From a bacterium (GTDB taxonomy: Bacteria; Krumholzibacteriota; Krumholzibacteriia; G020349025), in the NCBI GenBank assembly GCA_031362565.1, contig JANLSU010000075.1, positions 1 to 28,911 of the forward strand: DNA of 28,911 nucleotides, given 5' to 3'. A program made the position numbers and the translations under genes. The notes under the pieces were generated by a model. It was not told where the DNA came from. It was given only the letters and a program-made list of their open reading frames with translations, and searched no databases. Below, piece after piece: positions 17,046 through 25,976 of the stretch (positions within the stretch are counted from its first letter, which is position 1; every line of letters begins with the position of its first letter).

Positions 17046-18530
17046 TCATAGAATCGAATCGGTGGCGGCAGCATCGCGCCGCAGCAATTGACGCAACGTC
17101 GCCACGGGCACGAGGCGCAGTCCCAAAATCGTCAGCGCGAACAGCGCTGCGATTGCGACCCCAAGCAGGCCGGTGCCGAGGACGCGTCCGACCGGCGGGG
17201 CCGTAGCGATCGCGAAGTGCCGTTGGACGAAATCCCCACCGAGGCCGAGCAGTATCGCCACTGGGATCGCCAGCAGGACCCGCAGCTCGAGCGACCAGCG
17301 GCGGCGGCCGAGCCAATACACCGCCAGACAGGCGAGGGCCAAGCTCTCCGTCAACACGGTGACGGCTGCCGCGCCGCGGTAGGACCACAGCCGGATCGCG
17401 ATGAAATTGCCGCCGATGTTGGCAATGACGAGAAAGACGTACATCCGCACCAGCCAGGATTGCCGGCCCTCGGCGAGCAAGAGATGCGTGAATCCGAGGC
17501 TCACGAACACGGGTGGCAACGCGAGTGCCAGAATGCGCATCGTTTGGGTCGCTTCGATCGCTCCCAAGATCGCCGCCAACGGTGGCGCCAGCACGATCAA
17601 GAGGAGCGCCGCGCCGACGGATGCCAGCAGCAAGACTTCGAAGGTGCGTTGGAACACCTGCTGCAGGCGTGCCGTGTCGTGGGTCGCCAGGCGCGAGAAC
17701 ACCGGGAACAAGAGCCCGACGAAGAGTCCTGGAAACGTGATGAGGACCTCGTGCAGCTTGTACGCGACGCCGTAGATCCCAACGTCTTCGGGCGGCCGCA
17801 GCACCGACAGAATCAACGTGTCGACTTTGAAATGCACCAGTCCGAGGAGGGTCACGGCGGTCAGCGCGACGGATTCCGACATCAAGGCGCGCGACAGCGG
17901 CCAGTCGAAATGCGGCCGAATGGTTTCGAAACGGCGCGTGACGAGAGCCCCATAGGCGAAGGTACACGCGGTGCCGGCGGCCAGCGCCCAGCAGCATGCG
18001 ACGACACCGCCGCCGAAATGCACCACGAGCGCGACCGCGCCAAGCATGGTGACACGCGCCAGCATTTCGCCGAGAACCGCCAGGTCCATCCGCAGGTGCA
18101 ACCGGAAGACGGCGATGTACAACTGGTTCAGCAGCGTCACGTAGTTGTTCAAGGCGCAAACGGCCACGGCGACTTTCACCGCGGCGACATAGGTCGGGAA
18201 GACGGTGCTGGGCACCATTTGAATCAGCCCATAGCCCAGCAATAGCGGCACGGCGGCGACAATGGCTCGCAAGCCGAGACCGGCACCGAGGATCGCGGCG
18301 CGGCGTTCCGGATCCTGTGCCGCCCGCCGCACGATCGAGAGATAGAGTCCGGCGTCACCAAGCACGGAGAAGAATCCGGTGTACGTCGTGGCGGTGATGA
18401 GTTGGCCGTAAGACGCATGTCCCAAATGGCGCACGAGAATCGCCGTGACCGCCATCGAGGCCAACAGGCCGAGGGCGCGGCCGGCCACTTGAATCGCGGT
18501 GTTCCAGGCGACGGCGCGCGTCAGGCTCAC
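17046..18530 (-). CDS. wzx: Wzx-like polysaccharide flippase (MOP superfamily)
   Basis: Many hydrophobic segments; MSLTRAVAWNTAIQ and HFKVDTLILS...VGIYGVAYK motifs. GTG 18530 follows GGAGAG and aligns with the MSLTR start of the 26777-28213 paralogue. Confidence 0.88.
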   Translation of the reverse strand: MSLTRAVAWNTAIQVAGRALGLLASMAVTAILVRHLGHASYGQLITATTYTGFFSVLGDAGLYLSIVRRAAQDPERRAAILGAGLGLRAIVAAVPLLLGYGLIQMVPSTVFPTYVAAVKVAVAVCALNNYVTLLNQLYIAVFRLHLRMDLAVLGEMLARVTMLGAVALVVHFGGGVVACCWALAAGTACTFAYGALVTRRFETIRPHFDWPLSRALMSESVALTAVTLLGLVHFKVDTLILSVLRPPEDVGIYGVAYKLHEVLITFPGLFVGLLFPVFSRLATHDTARLQQVFQRTFEVLLLASVGAALLLIVLAPPLAAILGAIEATQTMRILALALPPVFVSLGFTHLLLAEGRQSWLVRMYVFLVIANIGGNFIAIRLWSYRGAAAVTVLTESLALACLAVYWLGRRRWSLELRVLLAIPVAILLGLGGDFVQRHFAIATAPPVGRVLGTGLLGVAIAALFALTILGLRLVPVATLRQLLRRDAAATDSIL

Positions 18531-18577
18531 GGCACTCTCCCACAGGACTGCGGTGCGCGCTCGCAGCGCGGCGCGTG

Positions 18578-19006
18578 TCACCCTAGGGCGGGAGGGCCAT
18601 CGTTCGCAAGCGTACCGGCGGGATCTCGCAAATGGACCACCGTCGCACCCCGGCCGCTGCCGGGGGTTTCGGCGTCGTGCCAGCCCAAGACTTGGGGGTG
18701 GCGCGCGAGGCGCGCCCGGACGCGTTGCCGGCGCGCCCCGATGCCTTTGCCGTGAATGATCTTGGCACGCCCAAGCCGGCGTTCGACCGCGACATCGATG
18801 AAAGCGTCGACCAGCATGTCGACGTCGGACTCGGGGACGCCATGCAAGTCCAGTTCAGAGCCGATTTCGATCGGCGGCAGGTCCGGGTCGGCGGCGAATG
18901 GCAACGGCTCCGCCGGCGGCCGCTCGGCACCGAGCAGCCGGCGTCCGAGCATTCGCACCAGAAGAATCAAGACGGCGGTTGCAACAAGCCAAGCCATGCC
19001 CGACAT
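18578..19006 (-). CDS. Stand-alone Smr (MutS2 C-terminal) domain protein
   Basis: ELDLHG, IIHGKGIG and GSGRGATVVHL motifs. Hydrophobic N-terminal segment; start uncertain. Confidence 0.85.
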   Translation of the reverse strand: MSGMAWLVATAVLILLVRMLGRRLLGAERPPAEPLPFAADPDLPPIEIGSELDLHGVPESDVDMLVDAFIDVAVERRLGRAKIIHGKGIGARRQRVRARLARHPQVLGWHDAETPGSGRGATVVHLRDPAGTLANDGPPALG

Positions 19007-19069
19007 TCTAGCGAGCTTGAGCGTTCCACGTCCTTGGGTGACCGGGTGGCGCGGGCAAGGAGGTCTTCG

Positions 19070-19408
19070 GTGGCAGGGTACGAGCAGCACATCTTCGTCT
19101 GCGAGAACGTGCGTCCGGACGGGCACGAGCGTGGCTGCTGTGCCGCCAAGGGTTCACCGGCGGTGCGCGCCCGCTTCAAGCAACTTGTGAAGGAACATGG
19201 GCTGAAGGGCCGGGTGCGCGCCAACATGGCCGGTTGCCTCGACCACTGTGAATCCGGCGTGACGGTCGTGGTCTATCCGGATGGTGTGTGGTATGGCGCC
19301 GTCACGGTCGCCGATGTCGACGAGATCTTCAGCCGCCACATTCTCGGCGGCGAGATCGTCGAGCGTCTGCGGCTCGGCGCACGCGCCGGCGGTGCGACGC
19401 CCGCGTGA
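19070..19408 (+). CDS. Thioredoxin-like [2Fe-2S] ferredoxin
   Basis: HIFVCENVR...GCCAAKGS...RANMAGCLDHCESGVTVVVYPDGVWY. AAGGAGG RBS before GTG 19070. Confidence 0.92.
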   Translation: MAGYEQHIFVCENVRPDGHERGCCAAKGSPAVRARFKQLVKEHGLKGRVRANMAGCLDHCESGVTVVVYPDGVWYGAVTVADVDEIFSRHILGGEIVERLRLGARAGGATPA

Positions 19409-20037
19409 CCCCTCGGGCTCTCATCTTGGATCTCGACGGGACGGTCGTCGATTCCCACGCCTACACTTTCGCGGCCATTCGGCATGCGTGCGCGCCGTGG
19501 GGCGTGGCGCCAACGGATGCGGCAATCCACGCCCGGTTTGGACCGCCAGAGTCGACCATTCTCACCGCTTTCGTCCCCGCGTCGGCGGTCGGTGCGGCGT
19601 ATCGGCGTCTACAGGCTTTCTATCGCGATCAGGCGCATATGGTTCAGGTGCATCCTGAACTGCGCGGCGTACTGGACGCCGCGCACGGCGCGGGGTGGCG
19701 TCTGGCGCTCTTTACCGGGCGCGGCGCGGATTCGACCCAGCTGTTACTCCGCGCTTTGACCCTCGACGCGCTCTTCGATGCAGTCGTCGCCGGGGACTCC
19801 GGCCTGCGCCCCAAGCCGGCGCCCGATGGCGTTCTGGCGTTGCTCGAGCGCCTCGGGTGCCGCGCCGCGGACGCACTCGTGGTCGGGGATTCACCGCTCG
19901 ATGTGCAGGCCGCCCGGGCCGCGGGGGTTGCGGCGGTGTTTGCGGGCTGGTTTCCGCTTGCCGGGGTCACGCCCCCGGCCGGCACCGAGATCGCCGCCAC
20001 TCCGGCGGCGCTGCGACAGCATCTGGGCCTGGCGTGA
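19405..20037 (+). CDS. HAD-superfamily hydrolase (phosphoglycolate phosphatase/PpaX-like)
   Basis: LDLDGTVVDS, FTG, KPAPDG and VGDSPLD motifs. GTGA overlap with the ferredoxin stop. Confidence 0.88.
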   Translation: MTPRALILDLDGTVVDSHAYTFAAIRHACAPWGVAPTDAAIHARFGPPESTILTAFVPASAVGAAYRRLQAFYRDQAHMVQVHPELRGVLDAAHGAGWRLALFTGRGADSTQLLLRALTLDALFDAVVAGDSGLRPKPAPDGVLALLERLGCRAADALVVGDSPLDVQAARAAGVAAVFAGWFPLAGVTPPAGTEIAATPAALRQHLGLA

Positions 20038-20039
20038 GG

Positions 20040-21290
20040 TCACGGCATCGGGGTCATGAAGTTCTGCGTGACATAGACGCGCCGCTGGCCGTCCGCATCG
20101 GTCGCGAACGCGACACCGATGCCGACGCGCGTGAAATCGGCATCGAGAATATTCTTGCGATGGCCCGGACTGCGCAGCAACGCCGCCTCCGCCTCATCGA
20201 CATCGGTGTGGGTGGCGATGTTTTCCGCCAGCCGTTGGAAGCGCACCCCGACCGCTTGGGCACGCTCGAGGAGGCGGCCCGTTTTGGGTGAGACGTGTGC
20301 GAAGAATCGATGCTCGCACATGTCACGGCTGTGGGCCCGCGCCATTTGCGCCAGCGCCGGATCGATGCAGAGTTCCGCCAATCCGGCGTGTCGCCGGTCC
20401 CGATTGAGCAGCGTCAGCAGGCGGGATTCGGCGCCGTCGACCGTCATCACGGTGCTGGACTCCGGCCGCGCGGCGCGGCGAATCTCGAGCGACCCGGTGC
20501 GCGCTGCGGCGAGGATCATGGCATGCGGTGTGGCGCGGCCGGCCGCGTTGACCATGAGACTTCCGAGGCCGAGAACGCGCGGTCCCATGTCGTTGCGGCC
20601 GAGAACTTCGATCTGGTATTCGCCGTCACCGCGCTCGAGCCGAATCCAGCACCGGAAGTGTCCGGGCTCGAGCGCCAAATTGGTGAGTTCCTCCGAGGCG
20701 CCATCCGGCCAGGTCACGAATACCTGTGGCTCCCGGAACGGGGCGTGGATCTCGCCGTCGAAAAGGAAACGCTCGCCGGCCTGAAGGTCATCGGGCAAGG
20801 GCGAAAAGCTGATCGCCCGCTGGGTGAGCAGCAGAGTCGCAAAACAAACGCGCGGACCGAAGATCGCCGGGCGCCGCTCGCCGGTCTCGAGCAGTGCCAC
20901 TGCCACGTGGGTGTACAAACGGCGCTCCTCGAGGGGCATTCGGCCGAGCGCCGCGAGGAGGTCGTCCGGCAGGGTCGCGAGCCGCTTGGGGGTCGCCTCG
21001 CCGAGCAACACGTACGGAAACGGGTCGAGCACTCCGTGGGCGCTTTCGGCCGCCCGCAGAAACTCGTGCGGATCGATGTCGGCGCCCGCGGCACGCACGA
21101 CCGTCAGCTCGCGCGCGGCCTCGCGCAGCGCGGGGTCGCTCCGGAGGTCCAGGCCATAGCGTTCGCCCGCCCGGGCGATCAACTCGGCTTCGAGCTGAGT
21201 CTCGAGGGGCGTTGCGGCGGCAATCGGCCCGATGGCGGCAAGCGAGATCGCAAGCACCATCGGCGTCAGGATAGAGCGCAGTTTCCGGAT
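20040..21290 (-). CDS. Exported protein with C-terminal CAP/SCP domain
   Basis: LLNRDR...MARAHSRDM...FFAHVSP, AENIA, SPGHRKNIL and VGIGV...YVTQNF; signal-peptide-like N-terminus. Start uncertain: ATG 21260 or ATC 21290. Confidence 0.82.
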   Translation of the reverse strand: MRKLRSILTPMVLAISLAAIGPIAAATPLETQLEAELIARAGERYGLDLRSDPALREAARELTVVRAAGADIDPHEFLRAAESAHGVLDPFPYVLLGEATPKRLATLPDDLLAALGRMPLEERRLYTHVAVALLETGERRPAIFGPRVCFATLLLTQRAISFSPLPDDLQAGERFLFDGEIHAPFREPQVFVTWPDGASEELTNLALEPGHFRCWIRLERGDGEYQIEVLGRNDMGPRVLGLGSLMVNAAGRATPHAMILAAARTGSLEIRRAARPESSTVMTVDGAESRLLTLLNRDRRHAGLAELCIDPALAQMARAHSRDMCEHRFFAHVSPKTGRLLERAQAVGVRFQRLAENIATHTDVDEAEAALLRSPGHRKNILDADFTRVGIGVAFATDADGQRRVYVTQNFMTPMP

Positions 21291-21459
21291 GGGTCGGCCT
21301 CCCTCGCGATCGCGTTCCTGATACACGCGGCGTGCCAGTAAAAGCGCCCCAGGCATTGCGCAACTGCGCACTCTGTGCCATCTTTCGGCGTTCCAAGGGG
21401 CTCCTGGGACCGTGGCGGGACCCAAAGGTGCGGGCGCACCGTTGCGAGGAGGCTGTCCG

Positions 21460-22212
21460 GTGAAGCGACTGCTGCGGCTCCTGCCGCTCGTTCTGTGCCT
21501 CGGCCCGGCAACGGCCGGAGCGCAGGTCGTGCCCGGCCGGTTCTACGTGACGCCGGTTTTCGGCCCGCTCGTGGCGCGGAACGAGCTCTTGCGTGGTACC
21601 GCGATCTATTCGACGCCGCGCACGACCGACCCCGACAACCCGGTTGTGACCGACATCAAGCTCGACCCCGGCCTGTTGACCGGCGCGCGGCTCGGGTATG
21701 GGCTGTCGCGCCGCCTGACGCTCGACGCGGAATTCGACTTCGCGGTCGCGGTGTGCGCGATTCGGCAGCTGGAAATTCGCGCCGACACTGCCCCCGGATC
21801 GCTGCCGCAATATGAAACGACGACGCTCGACGCGCGCATCTTCCAGTACTTCTTGAGCCTGTCGTATTTCCCGATGCCGTCCCGGCGCGTCCAGCCGTCC
21901 CTGACGTTCGGATTCGGGAATCATGACTTGGACCTGCGGCGTAAAGGCGTCGTCAACCCGGACGCGGTGCACGACCGCGCTATCGTTGCGGGGCTCGGAT
22001 TGGTCATCCACGCGACCGAGTCGCTCCGGATCTTCGGTGAGATCCGGGACTTCATGTACAACTTCAGGTTCGACAACGAATTTGTCGATCCGGAGATGTC
22101 GCAGTTCATCCTGTTCCGGCGACCCGAGTTCTATCGCACGACGTCGACCGCGGGGACCAAGTTCCAGAACGATGTCGCGGTCACCGTGGGGTTCTCGGTC
22201 CAGACTTTTTGA
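21460..22212 (+). CDS. Outer-membrane beta-barrel protein
   Basis: GAGGAGG RBS; signal peptide ending AGA-Q; amphipathic strands GARLGYGL, PSLTFGFG, GLGLVI and FGEIRDF; C-terminal VTVGFSVQTF ending in Phe. Confidence 0.75.
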   Translation: MKRLLRLLPLVLCLGPATAGAQVVPGRFYVTPVFGPLVARNELLRGTAIYSTPRTTDPDNPVVTDIKLDPGLLTGARLGYGLSRRLTLDAEFDFAVAVCAIRQLEIRADTAPGSLPQYETTTLDARIFQYFLSLSYFPMPSRRVQPSLTFGFGNHDLDLRRKGVVNPDAVHDRAIVAGLGLVIHATESLRIFGEIRDFMYNFRFDNEFVDPEMSQFILFRRPEFYRTTSTAGTKFQNDVAVTVGFSVQTF

Positions 22213-22226
22213 GTCCGAACATCGCT

Positions 22227-22242
22227 TGGCAGCCCGATTGCT
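22227..22242 (+). promoter_or_regulatory. Putative sigma54 -24/-12 promoter
   Basis: TGGCAGCCCGATTGCT against consensus TGGCACNNNNNTTGCW (GG-N10-GC), intergenic, upstream of the GT4-wzz operon. Confidence 0.5.
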
Positions 22243-22368
22243 ATTCAAGTAGAATGAGGGTCTGCCACTGCGGGCTTGGCCCGCCACAACTGCGAAAGGG
22301 CTGCGTCACGGTTCCTGGCTATCGAAGCACGCGGCACGGCGCGTAAGAGCACCGCCGCCACACCGTAC

Positions 22369-22398
22369 TTGACACCCCCCCGGCACCCTCCCTAGGGT
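22369..22398 (+). promoter_or_regulatory. Putative sigma70 promoter
   Basis: TTGACA-18 nt-TAGGGT, 45 nt upstream of ATG 22443. Confidence 0.55.
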
Positions 22399-22442
22399 CC
22401 GAGCCGGGCGCTGGGAGTGTGCGGTTGAAGGAAGCCAGGGAC

Positions 22443-23675
22443 ATGCGCATCCTCTTCATCAGTCAGTACTTCCCACCGGAAATGGGCGCACCGGCCGCGC
22501 GTACGTACGAATTGGCCCGCCGCTGGGTGGCGCTCGGCGCCGAAGTCACCGTCGTCACGGCCATTCCCAACCATCCGAACGGCATCATCCCCACGGCCTA
22601 CCGCCACGGGCGGCTCTTCGAAGAGGAAATCGACGGCATCCGTGTCATTCGGACCTGGATCTACGCGGCCGCCAACCGCGGGTTCTGGCGCCGCAGCCTG
22701 AACTACATGTCGTTCCTCCTCAGTTCGCTCGCGCTCGGCTGCCGGCGCGCCGGCCCCGCCGACGTTGTGATCGCGACTTCGCCGCAGTTTCTCGTCGGTA
22801 TCGCCGGCTGGGTGGCGAGCCGCCAGCGCGGCGTGCCGTTCGTCTTCGAGGTCCGCGACCTTTGGCCGGATTCCATCGCGGCGGTCGACGCACTCGGCGA
22901 AGGCCTGGTGCTGCAAGCGTTGCGGCGTATCGAAATGATGTTGTACCGGGAAGCATGGCTGATCGTCGGTGTGGCGCACTCGACGCGCGACGAATTGATC
23001 CGGCGCGGCGTCGATCCCGCCAAAATCGCCATCATCCCCAACGGCGCCGATTCACAAGTTTTCCGCGAACTCGAGAAATACAACGGCATTCGCGAAAGCC
23101 TTGGCCTCGGACGCAAGTTCGTGGTGTCGTATGTCGGCACGCACGGCATGGCGCATGGACTGGAGACGGTCTTGGAGAGCGCCGATCGGTTGCGCGACAT
23201 GGACGACATCCAATTCTTGTTTGTCGGCGACGGAGCGCGGCGCGACCACCTGCAGCGCGTTGCCGGCGAAAAGAAACTCGCCAATGTGCACTTTGTCGGT
23301 GTGCAGCCGCGGGAGCGGATTCCGTCGTATATCGCGACGTCCGATGTGTCGTTGGTGCCGCTCCGGCGCAAGCCGCTGTTCGAAAAGGTCCTGCCGTCGA
23401 AGATCTTCGAGATCATGGGATGCGCGCGGCCGCTCATCCTGGGCGTCGAAGGTGAGGCGCGTGCCGCGGTCGAAGATGCGCGGGCCGGCGTCTGCGTGCG
23501 TCCGGAGGACCCAGAGGCGTTGTCGCAGGCCATTCTCGGCCTCTACCGCAACCCTGCCGAATGCGAGTCCATGGGCCGTAACGGACGCGAGTTCGTCCGT
23601 CGCAACTTCTGCCGTGACAAGCTCGCGGCGCAGTACCTGGACGTGCTACACAATGTCGTGCTGGGGCGCGCCTGA
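22443..23675 (+). CDS. GT4 glycosyltransferase, WbuB-like
   Basis: MRILFISQYFPPEMGAPAAR, FEVRDLWPDSI, YVGTHGMAHGL and LPSKIFEIMGCARP. Confidence 0.92.
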   Translation: MRILFISQYFPPEMGAPAARTYELARRWVALGAEVTVVTAIPNHPNGIIPTAYRHGRLFEEEIDGIRVIRTWIYAAANRGFWRRSLNYMSFLLSSLALGCRRAGPADVVIATSPQFLVGIAGWVASRQRGVPFVFEVRDLWPDSIAAVDALGEGLVLQALRRIEMMLYREAWLIVGVAHSTRDELIRRGVDPAKIAIIPNGADSQVFRELEKYNGIRESLGLGRKFVVSYVGTHGMAHGLETVLESADRLRDMDDIQFLFVGDGARRDHLQRVAGEKKLANVHFVGVQPRERIPSYIATSDVSLVPLRRKPLFEKVLPSKIFEIMGCARPLILGVEGEARAAVEDARAGVCVRPEDPEALSQAILGLYRNPAECESMGRNGREFVRRNFCRDKLAAQYLDVLHNVVLGRA

Positions 23676-23677
23676 CG

Positions 23678-24886
23678 ATGCTGGATGTGTTACGGATTCT
23701 CCTCAAGTGGCATCGGCCCCTCGTCGCTTTGGCGCTTCTCGCGGCGCTGGGCGCCGCAATCTACGCCTGGACCGCCAAGCCGCGCTACTTCGCCCAGGCA
23801 TCCATTCTGCCACCCAACGATGACTCGGCGGCTTTCGGCGGGCTCTCGTCGCTCTTGCAGCAGTATCAGATCCCGATTCCCGGTGGCGTCCACACGCCGT
23901 TCTTGCCGACTTTGTACGCTTCGATCGTCTCGAGCCGCAAGATGGCGGCGATCATCCTGGAGGAGTTCCATCTGGCGGCCGAGTTCGGGGCCACCGGCCA
24001 GGAAGATGCCGTCGCGGCGCTCAGGGCTCGCACTTTCCTCAAGTACACCGACGACGGCCTCTTCCTGGTGGGATTCCAGGATGCCGACCCGAAACGTGGC
24101 GCCGAAGTGGCGAATGCGTACGTCCGGCATTTGGACACGATCATTCAGGAAGTGAACGCCGGCCGCGCCAGTCAGACGCGGGCTTTCGTCGAAAGCCAGA
24201 TCGAACGCTGCAGCGGCGATTTACGGAAGGCCGAGGAAGGCCTGCGGGACTTCCAGCGCGAACACCACGCGGTCCAGATCGACACCCAGACCGAAGGCGC
24301 GGTCGATTTGGCCGCGACGCTGCAAGCCCGCATCATGGCGTCGAAGGTCGAATTGCAGATGCTGCGCGACAAGGCGCTGCCGACCGCGCCCGAAGTGCGC
24401 CAGAAGCAACTCGAGCTGACCGCGATGCAGCGGCAGTACGACGACCTTTCCGCGTCGCAGCCCAAACTCCACGCGACGGCTCCGGACGATGCGAGCAACA
24501 TTTTTCTGCGCTTCGACACCGTGCCGGATTTGGCGATGCAATACCTGCGGCTCATGCGCAGCCTGAAAGTACAGGAGACGCTCTACACTTTGCTGGTACA
24601 GCAACTCGAACAGGCCAGGATCGAAGAACAGAAGAACACGCCGGTGCTCTCGGTGCTGGATTGGGCGGCGCCGGGCGAGCACCCGGTCTATCCGCGGAAG
24701 ATGCTCCTGGTGGTCATCGCGGCTTTTGCGGCGGCGGCCTGGGTCGGGATCGTCGCCGTATGCGTCGAGAAAGTCCGGGCCCGCCGGACGAACGCCGCGG
24801 AAGCCGCCGAGCTGGCGGCGCTCAGTGCCGAGTGGGAAGCGATGCCCGGTTGGGTCCGGCGCATCGAGCGAATTGTCGGACGCTGA
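23678..24886 (+). CDS. Wzz/GumC-like polysaccharide co-polymerase (chain-length determinant), no kinase domain
   Basis: N-terminal TM followed by PRYFAQASILPP; long coiled coil; VLDWAAPGEHPVYPRK Pro-rich motif before the C-terminal TM. Confidence 0.85.
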   Translation: MLDVLRILLKWHRPLVALALLAALGAAIYAWTAKPRYFAQASILPPNDDSAAFGGLSSLLQQYQIPIPGGVHTPFLPTLYASIVSSRKMAAIILEEFHLAAEFGATGQEDAVAALRARTFLKYTDDGLFLVGFQDADPKRGAEVANAYVRHLDTIIQEVNAGRASQTRAFVESQIERCSGDLRKAEEGLRDFQREHHAVQIDTQTEGAVDLAATLQARIMASKVELQMLRDKALPTAPEVRQKQLELTAMQRQYDDLSASQPKLHATAPDDASNIFLRFDTVPDLAMQYLRLMRSLKVQETLYTLLVQQLEQARIEEQKNTPVLSVLDWAAPGEHPVYPRKMLLVVIAAFAAAAWVGIVAVCVEKVRARRTNAAEAAELAALSAEWEAMPGWVRRIERIVGR

Positions 24887-24898
24887 TTCGGAGGCGAA

Positions 24899-25459
24899 GT
24901 GTTCGATCGCACCACATGGTGGCTGCGGATCTTGAGCCGCGAACGCGGTGCCGTGCTGTGGCTGCCGGGGCTCGCGGCCGCTACGTGGCTCCTGTTGTTC
25001 GCGATCCATTTGGCCCCGGGTGGCACGAGCCTGTTCACCCATACCACGAGCTTGCGCGTCGTTCTGGGCCCTTGGACCGCCGGCTCGGGTTGCGAAGACG
25101 CCGCGCAGCGCACCTCGCTCGCGATGCGCCGGGCCCTCGAAGTCCGCGGCGCGATTTCGGTCATCGATCCGGCGCGCGTCGCACAGCGCTTGAGCGCCGC
25201 CGGGATCGGCATCGCCGCCGACCCCGAAAAATTCATGCACGCAGTGCGGCCCCTCAACGCGCACCTGAGCTTGGCGGGCGCGGTGACGCGCTCGGACACC
25301 GTCGTTGAAGCGTGTGTGACGGCCTACGATGCACACACTCAACAGATCCTGCGCCGCATCACGGCTGCGGCGGCGACTCCAGAAGCCTTGGGGCTCGCGC
25401 TTGCCGACTCCCTCCGCGACGCTGCACAAACGCCGGGCGCGCTCGTGCCGACGCAGTAG
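24899..25459 (+). CDS. Membrane-anchored hypothetical protein, possible TolB-N/CsgG/FlgO-like domain
   Basis: GGAGG RBS; one TM segment; LNAHLSLAGAVTRSDTVVEACVTAYDAHTQQIL resembles the TolB-N-like strand pattern (by eye only). Confidence 0.6.
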   Translation: MFDRTTWWLRILSRERGAVLWLPGLAAATWLLLFAIHLAPGGTSLFTHTTSLRVVLGPWTAGSGCEDAAQRTSLAMRRALEVRGAISVIDPARVAQRLSAAGIGIAADPEKFMHAVRPLNAHLSLAGAVTRSDTVVEACVTAYDAHTQQILRRITAAAATPEALGLALADSLRDAAQTPGALVPTQ

Positions 25460-25507
25460 GCTTGTGCGGCCACGCAACGCCACGTCGAGTCGCGGTAGTG
25501 CGGGGCG

Positions 25508-25629
25508 GTCTTCGGAGGTGTGGGACCCCCGCCCACTCAGACAGAACGGGCCGCGCCGCGCGCTTCGCGCGCCATATGCGAGGCGCGAGCCCGTTAACTC
25601 GCGGTCGAGGGTCCCACACCTCCGAAGAC
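25508..25629 (+). repeat. 122-bp palindromic intergenic repeat, copy 2 (best preserved)
   Basis: Perfect 21-bp inverted repeats GTCTTCGGAGGTGTGGGACCC (25508-25528) and GGGTCCCACACCTCCGAAGAC (25609-25629). Nested stems AACGGGCCGCGCC/GGCGCGAGCCCGTT and GCGCGC-TTC-GCGCGC. Confidence 0.9.
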
Positions 25630-25696
25630 GTGCTCCAAACTGGAGGGGCCACCTGCAGATCTGCTGGCGCCAATGTGGAGTTAGCGGTAGGGAACT

Positions 25697-25897
25697 ATGA
25701 GAATCTTGTACGGTCTCGTTGCCGTTGTAGTGATCGCGGCTCCAGTCCACGCTGACAGCGGACCCTATCCGGTGCCTCAGCTCGCGGCGCAGGCCGCATT
25801 GTTTGCTCACTCCGATCCGCTGATTGCATACGCGGATTCGACGCCGCGGGTGCGGGTGGCACGCTTCGACGTCGAAGTCACCGGTGGCCTTCGCTAA
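25697..25897 (+). CDS. Small secreted hypothetical protein or gene fragment (66 aa)
   Basis: ATG after AGGGAA; clear signal peptide MRILYGLVAVVVIAAPVHA-D. Confidence 0.45.
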   Translation: MRILYGLVAVVVIAAPVHADSGPYPVPQLAAQAALFAHSDPLIAYADSTPRVRVARFDVEVTGGLR

Positions 25898-25912
25898 GGG
25901 TCGCCGCCCGCA

Positions 25913-25941
25913 TTGAAGCCGCGCTTTGCTCGCTTTAGTAT
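25913..25941 (+). promoter_or_regulatory. Putative sigma70 promoter
   Basis: TTGAAG-17 nt-TAGTAT, 35 nt upstream of GTG 25977. Confidence 0.45.
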
Positions 25942-25976
25942 GGTGCGAAGGTTACTTGAGCCCGCTGAGGAGTTCG

